Part shown: piece after piece, positions 44,000 to 53,820 of the stretch | How the letters are laid out: each line of letters starts with the position of its first letter | How positions within the stretch are numbered: position 1 is the stretch's first letter | NCBI GenBank assembly: GCA_949076555.1 | Contig: CARUOB010000007.1 | Span: forward strand, 3,882 to 67,881 | DNA: 64,000 nt | Direction of reading: 5' to 3' | Source of the DNA: an uncultured Lachnospiraceae bacterium | Lineage (GTDB): Bacteria; Bacillota; Clostridia; Lachnospirales; Lachnospiraceae | The notes under the pieces: model-generated | What the model was told of the DNA's origin: nothing | The model's input: only the letters and a program-made list of their open reading frames with translations | The model's database searches: none | Position numbers and translations under genes: made by a program

Positions 44000-44028
44000 A
44001 TTATAGGCAGTTTCCACGGGTGTGTCAA
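44000..44028 (-). promoter_or_regulatory. Consensus sigma-A promoter upstream of mtnA
   Basis: Minus strand TTGACA-17 nt-TATAAT, a perfect consensus. Confidence 0.85.
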
Positions 44029-45548
44029 CGTATTTCACGCTGTGCCTCCCACTCGTCCCGGGGCATGGCCACCAGAGATTTTTTCCTGAAAAACAGCGCC
44101 ATTTTTTGATTTGTCCACTCCTCTTTGTCGAGCGTGATGGGCAGATGCACAAGAGGTTCCTGCTCTCCCACGATAAAGGGCACCACCGCGTCCTCCACGC
44201 TCTCGTCCGTCAAAATTTCGGTAAGCTCGTCCATCTGCTCCTTATAGACAGCCGCCCTTCCCGTCCGGATATAGTAATAGCACACATAATCCGTGCTGTT
44301 TTTCAGATCCCCGCGGCAGACGATCACCACCAGAAACGCGGCGGCAAACCCAGCCGCATACAGGGGCAGGCGTAAGTTTTCACCCGCGCCGCTTTTTTCG
44401 CAGATCCATCCCAGCCCGTATATAAGACTGCCGAACAACGCCATGATAAACACCCAGAAAATCGTGTTGGGGACGCCCACGGAAACCGATCCGTCGGAAA
44501 CGGAGCCGCCCACAAACAATACCGGCCAGTAGACCGCGCAGTACAGTCCCCACAAATACAAAATCACCGCCCCGGGACAGGGAAAATGCAATCGGTACTT
44601 TGGCACCGTCTTTCGCAGGATATCCCACAGAATCACCGCCACCACAAGCATGACCGCCATCGCCACAGGATAATCCAAAAAAGATTTCCCGATTCCCTGC
44701 ATACCCTGCACAAGCGACTTGCCGACCGCCCCGATCATTCCCGCCGCCGTAACGTGGTACTGCGACCCGCCCCGCACCGCATTGCCCGGCGCAAGCGCAC
44801 TGACCAGAAGCCCCGCCGTTTCAAACGCCCCGGGAATCAGCATGAAAAGCACGCTGCGGCCCCTGTGGAGAAGCAAAGCCATAAGCAGCACAAGCAGGCC
44901 CAGCCCGAAAATTGCCGTCAAATAGTTGGTTCCCCCAAGAAGGGTCATCCACAGGGAAGCCAGAACAAGATCTCTTTTCCTGAAAGCAAGCGCATAGCGG
45001 ACAAGGCGGGCACAGCCAAACATGGCAAGCGCAAACGGCACCGTATAGTGCGCCGCCCCGTTATACCAGAAAATCGCCGAGGTCTGATAAGGCACAAACT
45101 GAATGAGCACAAGCAGAAGCACCGCGTCAAGCAGCAAAAAGTCCCGTTTCGTCATCTGCAGAAGCCGCACCAGCAGACAGTAGAGGAAGTCTGACACACC
45201 CCCGATGAGAAGCCCCGTCATCAAAACGGGAACAATCCCGTACGCATCATGGGAAAAGACCTCCGGCTGCAGGGAAAACAGAAAAACCGAAAACCAGGTT
45301 CCCTGCCACGAAAAATAATACTTTTTCACGCTCGCAAAAGCCGCCTGCAAAACCCGAAACAGGGAATGTGTATCCACCCACGCCAGATGGGTCAGCAGAC
45401 CGAATGACCAGTCGTCCCCCGATGCCCTGTCAACGCCGGCAAGTAAAAAAATCGGCAGCAGGCTTAAGACAAAAACAATCACCGCCGCCCATGTCAGAGG
45501 CGTTCTCATATTTCCCGTTTTTACGGCATCCGCCCAAGTTTTCTTCAT
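44025..45548 (-). CDS. Multi-pass membrane protein, DUF6056-like, probable GT-C glycosyltransferase
   Basis: SGDDWSF after TM1, Y.SWQGTW, FWYNGAAHY, LAPGNAVR. ATGA overlap with the upstream gene. Confidence 0.65.
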   Translation of the reverse strand: MKKTWADAVKTGNMRTPLTWAAVIVFVLSLLPIFLLAGVDRASGDDWSFGLLTHLAWVDTHSLFRVLQAAFASVKKYYFSWQGTWFSVFLFSLQPEVFSHDAYGIVPVLMTGLLIGGVSDFLYCLLVRLLQMTKRDFLLLDAVLLLVLIQFVPYQTSAIFWYNGAAHYTVPFALAMFGCARLVRYALAFRKRDLVLASLWMTLLGGTNYLTAIFGLGLLVLLMALLLHRGRSVLFMLIPGAFETAGLLVSALAPGNAVRGGSQYHVTAAGMIGAVGKSLVQGMQGIGKSFLDYPVAMAVMLVVAVILWDILRKTVPKYRLHFPCPGAVILYLWGLYCAVYWPVLFVGGSVSDGSVSVGVPNTIFWVFIMALFGSLIYGLGWICEKSGAGENLRLPLYAAGFAAAFLVVIVCRGDLKNSTDYVCYYYIRTGRAAVYKEQMDELTEILTDESVEDAVVPFIVGEQEPLVHLPITLDKEEWTNQKMALFFRKKSLVAMPRDEWEAQREIR

Positions 45549-47287
45549 TCCGTCAAATCCCCCGTACCGCTCCGGGTGTCCCCGCCGCCGCTGTAATACC
45601 ACGTTTCGCAAAACTTGTGCGAATGCTGAAGACGGCCTTCCGACAGTTTCCCGTTCCCGGAAGGAATCCGCCCATTCTGTGCGGCTCCACTCTCCGCGTC
45701 GTCGTATAAAGGAATATATGCCACCACCGCGTCCGCCGCCGCAATCTCAGGCTCCGTGATCGGCTCCTCGCTCGCGGCGCTGACAAAGTACACCTTATCA
45801 TGCTTCATAAGTTCGTCCGCCACAGCCCAGATGCACCACTCCTCACCGGGCTTATATATATATACCGCCGGAACTTGCGCTGCGGCCTGCGCCCCGGCAA
45901 GCGCCGTTTCCTCCTTTGCCTCCGGATAGAGAAATACCACATCCGCCCTCACATATCCTAAGGCCACAAGCGCCACACAAAAAACTGCCGCCGCGCCGAC
46001 CGCCCTTTTTTCATACCCGCCATCCGAAAGCAGGCGCCGCATCAGCAAATCCATACCAAGAAAGAGAAGCAGCACCACAATCCCGTAAATCGGAAGCTGG
46101 TAGCGGTTGGAAGTATCCCCCAGCAAAAGCGCGGTCTTCGACACCGCCAAAAAATATCCGGCCGCCGTAAAAAGCAGCATATCAAACGGTGCGCCTGCCA
46201 AAACGCCCTTTCCCGCAAGCTGTCCACCCTGCACATTTTTCTTCTGCGCCGCTCCCCCATGCCGCCTTCTCCCGCTCAACAGGCGCACCGCCGCTGCCGC
46301 CGCAAGAAGCAGCAGCAGGCCAAGCAGGCCGCCGAACACATAGCGGTTCATCAGATCCCAGAAAAAGAAAATCCGCTCGAGGGTATTCGACAAATCAAAA
46401 AAATTCTCCGTGGCCTGCGCCCCCCGCTGTCCTTTGAACATCTGACCCGGAAACGCCGGGTAAGTCAGATACGCCAGAACGAAAGCCAATCCCTGAAACA
46501 GACCGTACCGCAGACAGTTCCAAATATTCCTGTCACGCCGCAAAAGCCAGACGCAAAACGAAACGGCCAGAAAGAACAGAAAGATAAAATAATAATACTG
46601 TGTCAGAAAGCCCACGTAAGTCACCGCCGCCATGAAAAGAAGCGTCCCCACAGAAAGTCTTGTTCCGCCCCCTGCATCCGTCAGGCTCCCTTCCCCTCTG
46701 CCGCTCTCCTCTTCCCGAACCACGACACGCACATGCAAAATCGCGCTAAGCAGCACAAACGCCGTCAGCATTTCATACATCCGGATAAACACCACGCCGC
46801 TCATGGCCGCCGGACTGCATCCGTAAACAAACATCACGAAAAGAGGAATCGGCTGTCTTTTCCCCGCGGCTAAATATGACAAATATGTCAGAAGTATGAG
46901 ATTGATCCCGTGAAAAAAGAGATTGACCGAAAGCCCGATCCACTTGGAAAACACACCCGGCACAAGGGACGCCACCGTGTGAAATACCCAGTAATACATG
47001 GGCGGATGCACGTCCCACGACTGCACCTGCTTTACCAGACCATACTGAAACCGCTCCCCCGGAAGCACCACAAATTCATTGCGGTATTCGTCCCGCTCCA
47101 TCCATTTTCCGTCCTCCACATAGAAGCCGTTCGTCCGCGCCGTGGAGTAGTAGGTGTAAAACTCGTCCTCATGGAATCCCTGTTTCTGCGCGCAGAACCA
47201 GAATGCCGCCGCCATCTGCAGAAGCCAGAGTACAATAAAACACACCATATATTTGGTTTTTTTCCCGCTGCCCTTTCGCTCAACCAT
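45545..47287 (-). CDS. Multi-pass membrane protein, PMT/ArnT-like GT-C glycosyltransferase
   Basis: GFHEDEFYTY (DE motif), DVHPPMYY, FIRMY, LTQYY. Confidence 0.75.
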   Translation of the reverse strand: MVERKGSGKKTKYMVCFIVLWLLQMAAAFWFCAQKQGFHEDEFYTYYSTARTNGFYVEDGKWMERDEYRNEFVVLPGERFQYGLVKQVQSWDVHPPMYYWVFHTVASLVPGVFSKWIGLSVNLFFHGINLILLTYLSYLAAGKRQPIPLFVMFVYGCSPAAMSGVVFIRMYEMLTAFVLLSAILHVRVVVREEESGRGEGSLTDAGGGTRLSVGTLLFMAAVTYVGFLTQYYYFIFLFFLAVSFCVWLLRRDRNIWNCLRYGLFQGLAFVLAYLTYPAFPGQMFKGQRGAQATENFFDLSNTLERIFFFWDLMNRYVFGGLLGLLLLLAAAAAVRLLSGRRRHGGAAQKKNVQGGQLAGKGVLAGAPFDMLLFTAAGYFLAVSKTALLLGDTSNRYQLPIYGIVVLLLFLGMDLLMRRLLSDGGYEKRAVGAAAVFCVALVALGYVRADVVFLYPEAKEETALAGAQAAAQVPAVYIYKPGEEWCIWAVADELMKHDKVYFVSAASEEPITEPEIAAADAVVAYIPLYDDAESGAAQNGRIPSGNGKLSEGRLQHSHKFCETWYYSGGGDTRSGTGDLTE

Positions 47288-48287
47288 GCCCGCACTTTTC
47301 CCTCAACTTCATCTTTCCCGCGTGCACCGTCCTGGCCGCACGGGGGGCCGCCGAAAGCAGCAGCAGATAAGCTCTGTTTTTCCCCGTCAGATAGGGATTT
47401 TTTATCGTATCCCCCGTATGCCGCCGCAAATATTTTTTCACATTTGTGTAAAATGTGTTGTCCCTGTTCATTTGGGACAACGGCACATGCAGCATGTAAT
47501 CCAGCCTCTGATAGAGGTTAAAGCGCACCGCATAGTCGTGCAGGGCAGGATATTTCCGATCCACAAGCGTCTGCACCTTGTCCGCATTTTCCACGATATC
47601 CAGAAACACCCGCGAAAAACTGTCCTTCGTCCTCTTTCTCGTGGTGCTGTCCGGCCTGCAGACCACGTGGTAACCCTGCTCCGGTAAAATCCCGATGCCC
47701 GGAATCTCCTGCAAAATATCCAAAAGCAGCCGGAAATCCTCGTTCAGCTCGCCTTCCGGAAACCTGTGGCCCTCAAAGATTTTGCGCGGAAACAGCTTTG
47801 TGCAAAAGGAGCTGTCCCCCCGGTGCAAAAGAAGCTCTTTTATGAACGTCTCCGAGTCGCAATACCACTCCTTCTCCGGCGGCACGCAAATATCCGGCAG
47901 CCGCTTTCCCTCCTCGTCCACCTCGTCGCGGGATATCTGCGCCACAGGGTACTCCCCCCTCTCCAGCGCCGAAACCAGCTTCTCATACACATAGGCGTCT
48001 ACATAATCGTCGCTGTCCGCAAATCCCACATAATCCCCGGAGGCCATCGAAAGCCCGACATTTCTGGCGGAAGAAGCGCCCCCGTTCTCCTTATGGTAAG
48101 CGGCAATGCGCGCATCCGACGCCGCAAGCTGTTCACAGAGCTTCCCCGTGCCGTCCGTGGAACCGTCGTCAATCAAAAGAATTTCCAGCTCTTCGTACGT
48201 CTGGGCGCAGAGGGAGCGCACACATCTTTCCAGACAGTTTATGGAATTGTATACAGGAACAATCACACTGATTTTTTTCGTCTCCAT
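47280..48287 (-). CDS. Glycosyltransferase family 2
   Basis: SVIVPVYN, IDDGSTD, NGGASSARN, FADSDD, NED. Confidence 0.92.
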   Translation of the reverse strand: METKKISVIVPVYNSINCLERCVRSLCAQTYEELEILLIDDGSTDGTGKLCEQLAASDARIAAYHKENGGASSARNVGLSMASGDYVGFADSDDYVDAYVYEKLVSALERGEYPVAQISRDEVDEEGKRLPDICVPPEKEWYCDSETFIKELLLHRGDSSFCTKLFPRKIFEGHRFPEGELNEDFRLLLDILQEIPGIGILPEQGYHVVCRPDSTTRKRTKDSFSRVFLDIVENADKVQTLVDRKYPALHDYAVRFNLYQRLDYMLHVPLSQMNRDNTFYTNVKKYLRRHTGDTIKNPYLTGKNRAYLLLLSAAPRAARTVHAGKMKLREKCGHG

Positions 48288-48329
48288 CTGCTCCTTTCGG
48301 CCCGTTTGCCGCGATTTTACATCCCTTTG

Positions 48330-49526
48330 CTACCGTGTTTTTGCCCTCTGCCCTGCATCGTCCGCAGGCAGATATTTCCCCGGCTTAATGACAGGCGCCT
48401 CGCTAAGCGGCCCCTCTTCCTCCGGGCAGAGCCTTCCCCGACGCATGCCTTCCACAAACCGCAAAAGAGCGGAAGCCGCATGTTCCGCATTCCACACATC
48501 CCGGATGGTCTTGTAGGCGGCACGCCCCATGCCCCGCCGTTCCTCCCAATTTTCAAACAGATCCAGCACCAGCGCCTCCATCTTTTCATAGCGGCCGCCG
48601 GGATAGAGCAGACCGTTCTCTCCATGGCGGATCAGATAAGGCGCCGCCCCCACACGGGCATCAACCACTTCCACACAACCGCTGTTCATCCCCTCGTTGA
48701 CCACCGCGCCCCAGCCCTCCAAGTGATTGCTGGTGAAAAGATGGATGTGGCACTTCTCCATCACATCCCGCACCCGATCCGGTTTCGTATATCCGTAAAA
48801 CACAAAATCGTCCGAAAGTCCTTCCCGCCTGACTTCTTCCTTTATGGCGGATTCCAGTTCACCGCCGCCAATCATATGCACGCGATAGGCATATCCCTTC
48901 CTGCGCAGCGTCCTGCCAAGCCGCACCGCGTACTCCGGATGCTTTAGCGGAATAAACCGCCCCGCCCAGACAATCTCAAGGGGACCCTCCTTCGACTTCA
49001 TCGTTTCAAACGCCTCGTCACTGTAAACCCGCAGTTTTGTAAAATAGCCCCACTTAAAAAGTTTCCCCGGATAGGCCCCGATCAAGTGAAAATCCGACGC
49101 CGTATACGCGCCCGCACAGAGCATACAAATATTTTCTCCCCGATACCTGATATGCTCCCTGTACTTCGCCGCAAGGCCTCTGGGTGAGACCGCTTTCCAC
49201 TGTCCCTCCCGGTACAGCCGCTCGCTCACCCGAAGCGTTGTTTTGCCCGATCGAAGCCGCGGCGTCACGATGTCTTCCCTGCCCGTCCAGCCAAACAGCA
49301 CCACATCGCTCTCCATAATCCGTTTCAGACACGCATACTCGTCCTGATAAAGGCACATGACATAGGGTATTTCGTTCACATCTACACTCCACCCCATCTC
49401 CACGCGCTCCGCCTCCATGGGCATGGTCTGGATAAAGACAAACCCCTTTCCCAGCCGCTTATACAGCGCCTCGCAGAAGGGAAGCTGATGATGGTTGATG
49501 TAGTTTGATACAAAGGTAAAAGTCAT
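48330..49526 (-). CDS. Glycosyltransferase family 4
   Basis: WAGRFIPLKHP, EGWGAVVNEGMNSG (EX7E), ENGLL. Start moved to MTFTFV (GGAGG SD). Confidence 0.88.
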   Translation of the reverse strand: MTFTFVSNYINHHQLPFCEALYKRLGKGFVFIQTMPMEAERVEMGWSVDVNEIPYVMCLYQDEYACLKRIMESDVVLFGWTGREDIVTPRLRSGKTTLRVSERLYREGQWKAVSPRGLAAKYREHIRYRGENICMLCAGAYTASDFHLIGAYPGKLFKWGYFTKLRVYSDEAFETMKSKEGPLEIVWAGRFIPLKHPEYAVRLGRTLRRKGYAYRVHMIGGGELESAIKEEVRREGLSDDFVFYGYTKPDRVRDVMEKCHIHLFTSNHLEGWGAVVNEGMNSGCVEVVDARVGAAPYLIRHGENGLLYPGGRYEKMEALVLDLFENWEERRGMGRAAYKTIRDVWNAEHAASALLRFVEGMRRGRLCPEEEGPLSEAPVIKPGKYLPADDAGQRAKTR

Positions 49527-49539
49527 ATTTTTCCTCCAC

Positions 49540-49637
49540 GGAGAATGCCGTATTTTAGGCATTCTCCCGTGTGAGACTTAGTACTTCTTCGCGAAGCAAC
49601 CTTTGCTGCGAGTGATTAGAAGTACTTCTCACACTAT
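49540..49637. repeat. Palindromic REP-like repeat, family 1, copy 4
   Basis: GGAGAATGCC/GGCATTCTCC; GTGTGAGA..AGTACTTCT-TCGC-GAAGCAACCTTTGCT-GCGA..AGAAGTACT-TCTCACAC. Its foot supplies the TAG stop at 49634. Confidence 0.9.
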
Positions 49638-50920
49638 TCCATCATCTCCCGATAAATGTGCATCAGCCGATAATAGTTCTGATCCGCGTCATGGTTCACC
49701 CTGGCGTGCTTTCTGGCATTGTCGGAAAGCCTGTCCACAATGGCCTCTTTGGTGAACACCTCGATAATGCTGTCCGCCAGCGCGTCCACATCCCCGGGCG
49801 CATAGAGAAAGCCGTCCCCGCCGTCCGTCAGAATATTATGTATGCCGCCCACATTGGCCGCCACACACGGTACGCCTAAAAGCATCGCCTCCCCCACGGA
49901 ATTGGGAGAATTTTCAAGAACCGACGGGCAGACGAAAACCTGACAGCTTAGATACTGCTTTTTCATCTCCTCCGCGTCGATCCGCCCCAGCATATTGATC
50001 TTTTCTTCCAGATTGTTTTCACGGATCAGTTTTTTCAGATATTTGCCGTAAGCGGGCAGCTTCAGCGCGTCTTTCCACGTCTCCGCCCTCAAAATATCCG
50101 CGCCCGCCACATAGACTTCCGCATCCGGAAACTGCTCCAGAATCTTTGGCATCGCCTGTAACAGATAGTGGAATCCCTTGAGCGGATAATCGCCCTGACT
50201 CAAAAAAATCCGGTGGGTCTGGCAGTTATTTTTATTCCACCTGTCGCGGTAAAACACGCTGCGCAGCGTCTCATTCAGAAAATGGTAAACCGCATTCGGA
50301 TTTATCTTCGCCGTCTCCGCCCGGTCAAAATCCGTGCGGCCCGCTATATGGCCCACACGCTTGATCGCCTCGATCTCGTACACGCCCCGTTTTTCAAACT
50401 TTTTCTGCTGCTGTCTGATGCTGTCCTTCCTGATTCTGTCCCGGAAGGTGCTCTGCCTTTGTACTTTCACCGGCAGATCCGCCATATATACTTTTGCGAT
50501 GGCGGATACAAGACCCTGAATGCCGATCAGCGTTTTCTCCGGCCGGTCAAACACCTTGATCGACGCCAGCGCATGGGGAAATTCCGTGCCGAACACATGC
50601 AGAATATCCGGCTCAAAGTCATTGATAATAAGCTCGAAATGTTTCTCCAGCGCCGTGTCGTAGCGCTCCGGCGCCGCCATATCCTCCACAAAGCCGTAGC
50701 AGTGGCAGGAGATATTTTCCCCCAGCGGCATCATCCGGTCAAAATTTCCAAGCGACTCGTCCACCGGAAACGCAATGCCAAGCTCGATGCGGTTCCTCTC
50801 CTGTTCCATCACCACCCGGTCAAGCAGTCCGGAAAGCCATCCTTCCCTGTTGCTGCAGGGAAGATTTAATCGTTTGGCAATCGCCGGCAGCATAATATTG
50901 CACACCCATAATACCTTCAT
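49634..50920 (-). CDS. Glycosyltransferase family 4
   Basis: MKVLW, PDILHVFGTE, YPLKG, ENSPNSVGEAMLLGVPCVAANVGG. Start moved to MKVLWV. Confidence 0.9.
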   Translation of the reverse strand: MKVLWVCNIMLPAIAKRLNLPCSNREGWLSGLLDRVVMEQERNRIELGIAFPVDESLGNFDRMMPLGENISCHCYGFVEDMAAPERYDTALEKHFELIINDFEPDILHVFGTEFPHALASIKVFDRPEKTLIGIQGLVSAIAKVYMADLPVKVQRQSTFRDRIRKDSIRQQQKKFEKRGVYEIEAIKRVGHIAGRTDFDRAETAKINPNAVYHFLNETLRSVFYRDRWNKNNCQTHRIFLSQGDYPLKGFHYLLQAMPKILEQFPDAEVYVAGADILRAETWKDALKLPAYGKYLKKLIRENNLEEKINMLGRIDAEEMKKQYLSCQVFVCPSVLENSPNSVGEAMLLGVPCVAANVGGIHNILTDGGDGFLYAPGDVDALADSIIEVFTKEAIVDRLSDNARKHARVNHDADQNYYRLMHIYREMME

Positions 50921-50982
50921 TTGTACCTCTCCCTTCGCGCACGACACCCTTCTCCACATGCCGCGCTCTTTTGCAACATCTT

Positions 50983-51876
50983 TTACACAGATATTTTTAT
51001 CCGATATAACCTTCTCTTGACCGCCTGATACATGTTTGCCGTCGCCTCGTTCTCCGCCAGAAATGTCCGAAGCGGCGCCAGCGTCAAAAGCATAACCATA
51101 CTGTACTTTAGAACCTGTCCGCGGCTCATGTATTTTTTTACGATATGCGCATGCTCTGCGCCAGAGCGTTTCCTGTTCTCCCCGCTTTCCGAAAAGCCTT
51201 TTCCCTCGTAGGAAGCCACGGTAAGCGGCATGTAAATCATACGCGCCCGCGCACGGTAATAGCACCAGAGAAAATGTTCATAATCCGCCCGGACTTTGTA
51301 GCACGTCCGAAAGCCCCGTTTTGCGAGAAGCCGCCTGTCATAAAAGCAGGCCTGATGGCAGGGCACATTGCGGTAGCATGCAAAATCATCGATCACGGGA
51401 TTGGACATCACATGGGCGCCCGTGGCACGCTCTCTGATATTGCCGTAAAGAACCATCGGCCGCGGGCGTTTTTTTTCACCTGCACGGCTTTTGGCTGCGC
51501 TCTCACCCTTTCGCTTTTCGTCTTCGATGTCGGACCCCCCCGGCCCGCCGTGCTTTTCGATCTCCCGCTTCACCTGCGCCAGCACGTTTTCGTCCGCAAA
51601 GTAATCGCCGCAGTTTAGGAAAAACAGGTACTTCCCTTCCGTGTGGGAAACTGCCCGGTTCATGGCGTCGTAAATACCCTCGTCCCGCTCTCTGAAAACT
51701 TTTAGATCCGTCCCCGCAGTCAGACCCTCCACAGAACCGTCCGTGGAGAGACCGTCCTGCACGACGATCTCATAATTCTTCTCCGTCTGACTGCGAATGC
51801 TGGCAATCGTGTCGTGCAGTTTTTTCCCCGCATTGCGGCAGACGACTATAATGCTGAAAGTTACTTTAGTTGACAT
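50983..51876 (-). CDS. Glycosyltransferase family 2 (WcaE/WfgS-like; possible fucosyltransferase)
   Basis: QDGLSTDG, DEGIYDAMN, FLNCGD, CHQA, ADYE. Start moved to MSTKVT. Confidence 0.85.
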   Translation of the reverse strand: MSTKVTFSIIVVCRNAGKKLHDTIASIRSQTEKNYEIVVQDGLSTDGSVEGLTAGTDLKVFRERDEGIYDAMNRAVSHTEGKYLFFLNCGDYFADENVLAQVKREIEKHGGPGGSDIEDEKRKGESAAKSRAGEKKRPRPMVLYGNIRERATGAHVMSNPVIDDFACYRNVPCHQACFYDRRLLAKRGFRTCYKVRADYEHFLWCYYRARARMIYMPLTVASYEGKGFSESGENRKRSGAEHAHIVKKYMSRGQVLKYSMVMLLTLAPLRTFLAENEATANMYQAVKRRLYRIKISV

Positions 51877-53032
51877 CCGACAATATCTCCACCATCTCAT
51901 GAAAGAAAAATGTTTTGTAGGGCAGGATCAATACCCCGTCATTGGCGCCTTTTTTCAGATACATGGCAAAATACACCACCGCCGCCAGAAGGATTCCCGC
52001 CCGAAAAAGCCTGCGCCATTTTTTATCCGGCACCGCCTTCAAAAGCATCGGCAGAAACAAAATCTGACTCACCATCAGATAGTAGCCGATCCGCGAAATA
52101 ATGGGCAGGAAAGAGCAGAATACATAGAGGACAAACGCCCCCAGATTTAAGTACGCGTAAAACCAAAAACGCCGGTTCCACTCTCTGTCTTCCTCTATCA
52201 TTGTGACGGTTTCCCCGCCGTTTATGCCTGCCTTTTTCTCCCTCTCCCGCATCGCATACACGATCCCCGCGAAACCCAAAACCGCGGCACATCGCAGAAT
52301 GCTGATATAGCTCGTGCCGCCTTCCAGATACTCCGTATCCTCATAAGTCGGATACAGAAAAATCACGAGTTTCAGATAAAAATCCTGCAGGAACAAAAAG
52401 GTGGTACAAAAAGCGGCTGCTATGGCAAGCTGCCATTTTTTCCATGACAGGGACGCCAGAAAATAGAGCGGGATCACGACTAAAAGCGACTTGTGGAAGG
52501 CCGCGCCCAAAACCACCAGCGCCAAAAATCTGCCCCACTGCTTTCGCAGCACAAACTTCATGGAGTAGAGCGCAAGCGCAAGCGCCAGATAGTAGCGCAC
52601 CGTGCTGAACGTCTGGAAATAGTAGCCAAGCGTCATAAAGAGGAAAAAAGTCAGCCCGAACTCATCGCTCTGCTCATACATGGCAAGCAGAAAAAACAGC
52701 GCCGTCGCAAAGGAATAACACGCAAACACCAGCAAAAAATTTTCATAGCCGGACAGACCGTAAACCAGCTTCACCAGAAGGTTAAAGCCGATCTCCGTAG
52801 GCACATAGGCGTCGCAGTTGACCAGATGCATGAACTCCACGTACTTTGCATAGTCATTGCCCACATTGAGCCTGCACGCGGAGAGCAAAAACAAAATCAG
52901 AAAGATGGCCGTCAGACAGACGCGGTTCGCAAGCTGCTGCCTGGTAACCGCATGGGATTTTCCCGCCGGATGGTTGTCCACCATACTGGCAAGAAGCGCC
53001 GTGACGACCGCAATCGTAATATACAGAATCAT
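51866..53032 (-). CDS. EpsG-family Wzy-type polysaccharide polymerase
   Basis: R.NVGNDY..Y, EIGF, VRY.LA, FHKS, RIGYY, LPYKTF; about 10 TMs. ATGA overlap with the upstream gene. Confidence 0.85.
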   Translation of the reverse strand: MILYITIAVVTALLASMVDNHPAGKSHAVTRQQLANRVCLTAIFLILFLLSACRLNVGNDYAKYVEFMHLVNCDAYVPTEIGFNLLVKLVYGLSGYENFLLVFACYSFATALFFLLAMYEQSDEFGLTFFLFMTLGYYFQTFSTVRYYLALALALYSMKFVLRKQWGRFLALVVLGAAFHKSLLVVIPLYFLASLSWKKWQLAIAAAFCTTFLFLQDFYLKLVIFLYPTYEDTEYLEGGTSYISILRCAAVLGFAGIVYAMREREKKAGINGGETVTMIEEDREWNRRFWFYAYLNLGAFVLYVFCSFLPIISRIGYYLMVSQILFLPMLLKAVPDKKWRRLFRAGILLAAVVYFAMYLKKGANDGVLILPYKTFFFHEMVEILSDVN

Positions 53033-53820
53033 CGGCCGCGCGCCTCCCGCACGCCTGCGCACATCATAAGAAACGCTCTGCCAACCGGAATTTCCTGACA
53101 CATGGTTTCCCTGTGCGCCCACAAAAACCGCAGCGAAAGCGGCAGCGCCAGTCTCCCGTAAAGATGGTGATAAAGCACGCCCCTGTCCCGGAAAAACTTT
53201 TCATGATAACCGGAAAACCACGTGGACTCCCGCTCCTGCTCCCTGCCGATGCACACGGTGTGGGCGTAAATCCGAAGCCCCGCCTTCAGGCAGTCCCGCA
53301 AAAACAGGCTGTCCTCCCCGTTGCTGTACTTTGCGCCGCCGCCGAAAAGCACCGAATAGTGCGCATTCGCCCTGCGCAGCGCATCTAATTTAGCAGAAAT
53401 GCTGTAAGCCGGATATCTGCCGTAATTGCGATAAGTGACCCTGCGGATTTCCTGATTCCAGTAAGTTCTGCGCGAGGCTGCAACCTCCACGTTAAAGAGA
53501 ATCATGTCCGCGCCGGGCAGCGACTTGTATGCCCTGCGAATCTTTTCCGCGTAATCCGGCACCAGCCTGATATCCTCATCGGAAAAAAGCACCACGTCTC
53601 CGGATGCATGTAAAAGCGCGGTATTGCGGCTCAAACCCACGCCCCGTTCCGGCATGGAAAAGCATTTCACACTGCCTCCCGGCGACGTAAGCGTCTCATA
53701 GCCATAACCGCCGCACTGGTTTACAAGCACCGCATCCGTAGCAATATGCATTTGCGAGATCAGTTCCGCGGCATTTTTATCCACCGCAGAGATCAAAACC
53801 TCAAGTTTTATTTTTCCCAT
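53029..53820 (-). CDS. Glycosyltransferase family 2
   Basis: EVLIS, VNQC, ERGVGLSRN, FSDED, FGGGAKYSNGEDSLFL. Start moved to MGKIKL. Confidence 0.88.
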   Translation of the reverse strand: MGKIKLEVLISAVDKNAAELISQMHIATDAVLVNQCGGYGYETLTSPGGSVKCFSMPERGVGLSRNTALLHASGDVVLFSDEDIRLVPDYAEKIRRAYKSLPGADMILFNVEVAASRRTYWNQEIRRVTYRNYGRYPAYSISAKLDALRRANAHYSVLFGGGAKYSNGEDSLFLRDCLKAGLRIYAHTVCIGREQERESTWFSGYHEKFFRDRGVLYHHLYGRLALPLSLRFLWAHRETMCQEIPVGRAFLMMCAGVREARGR

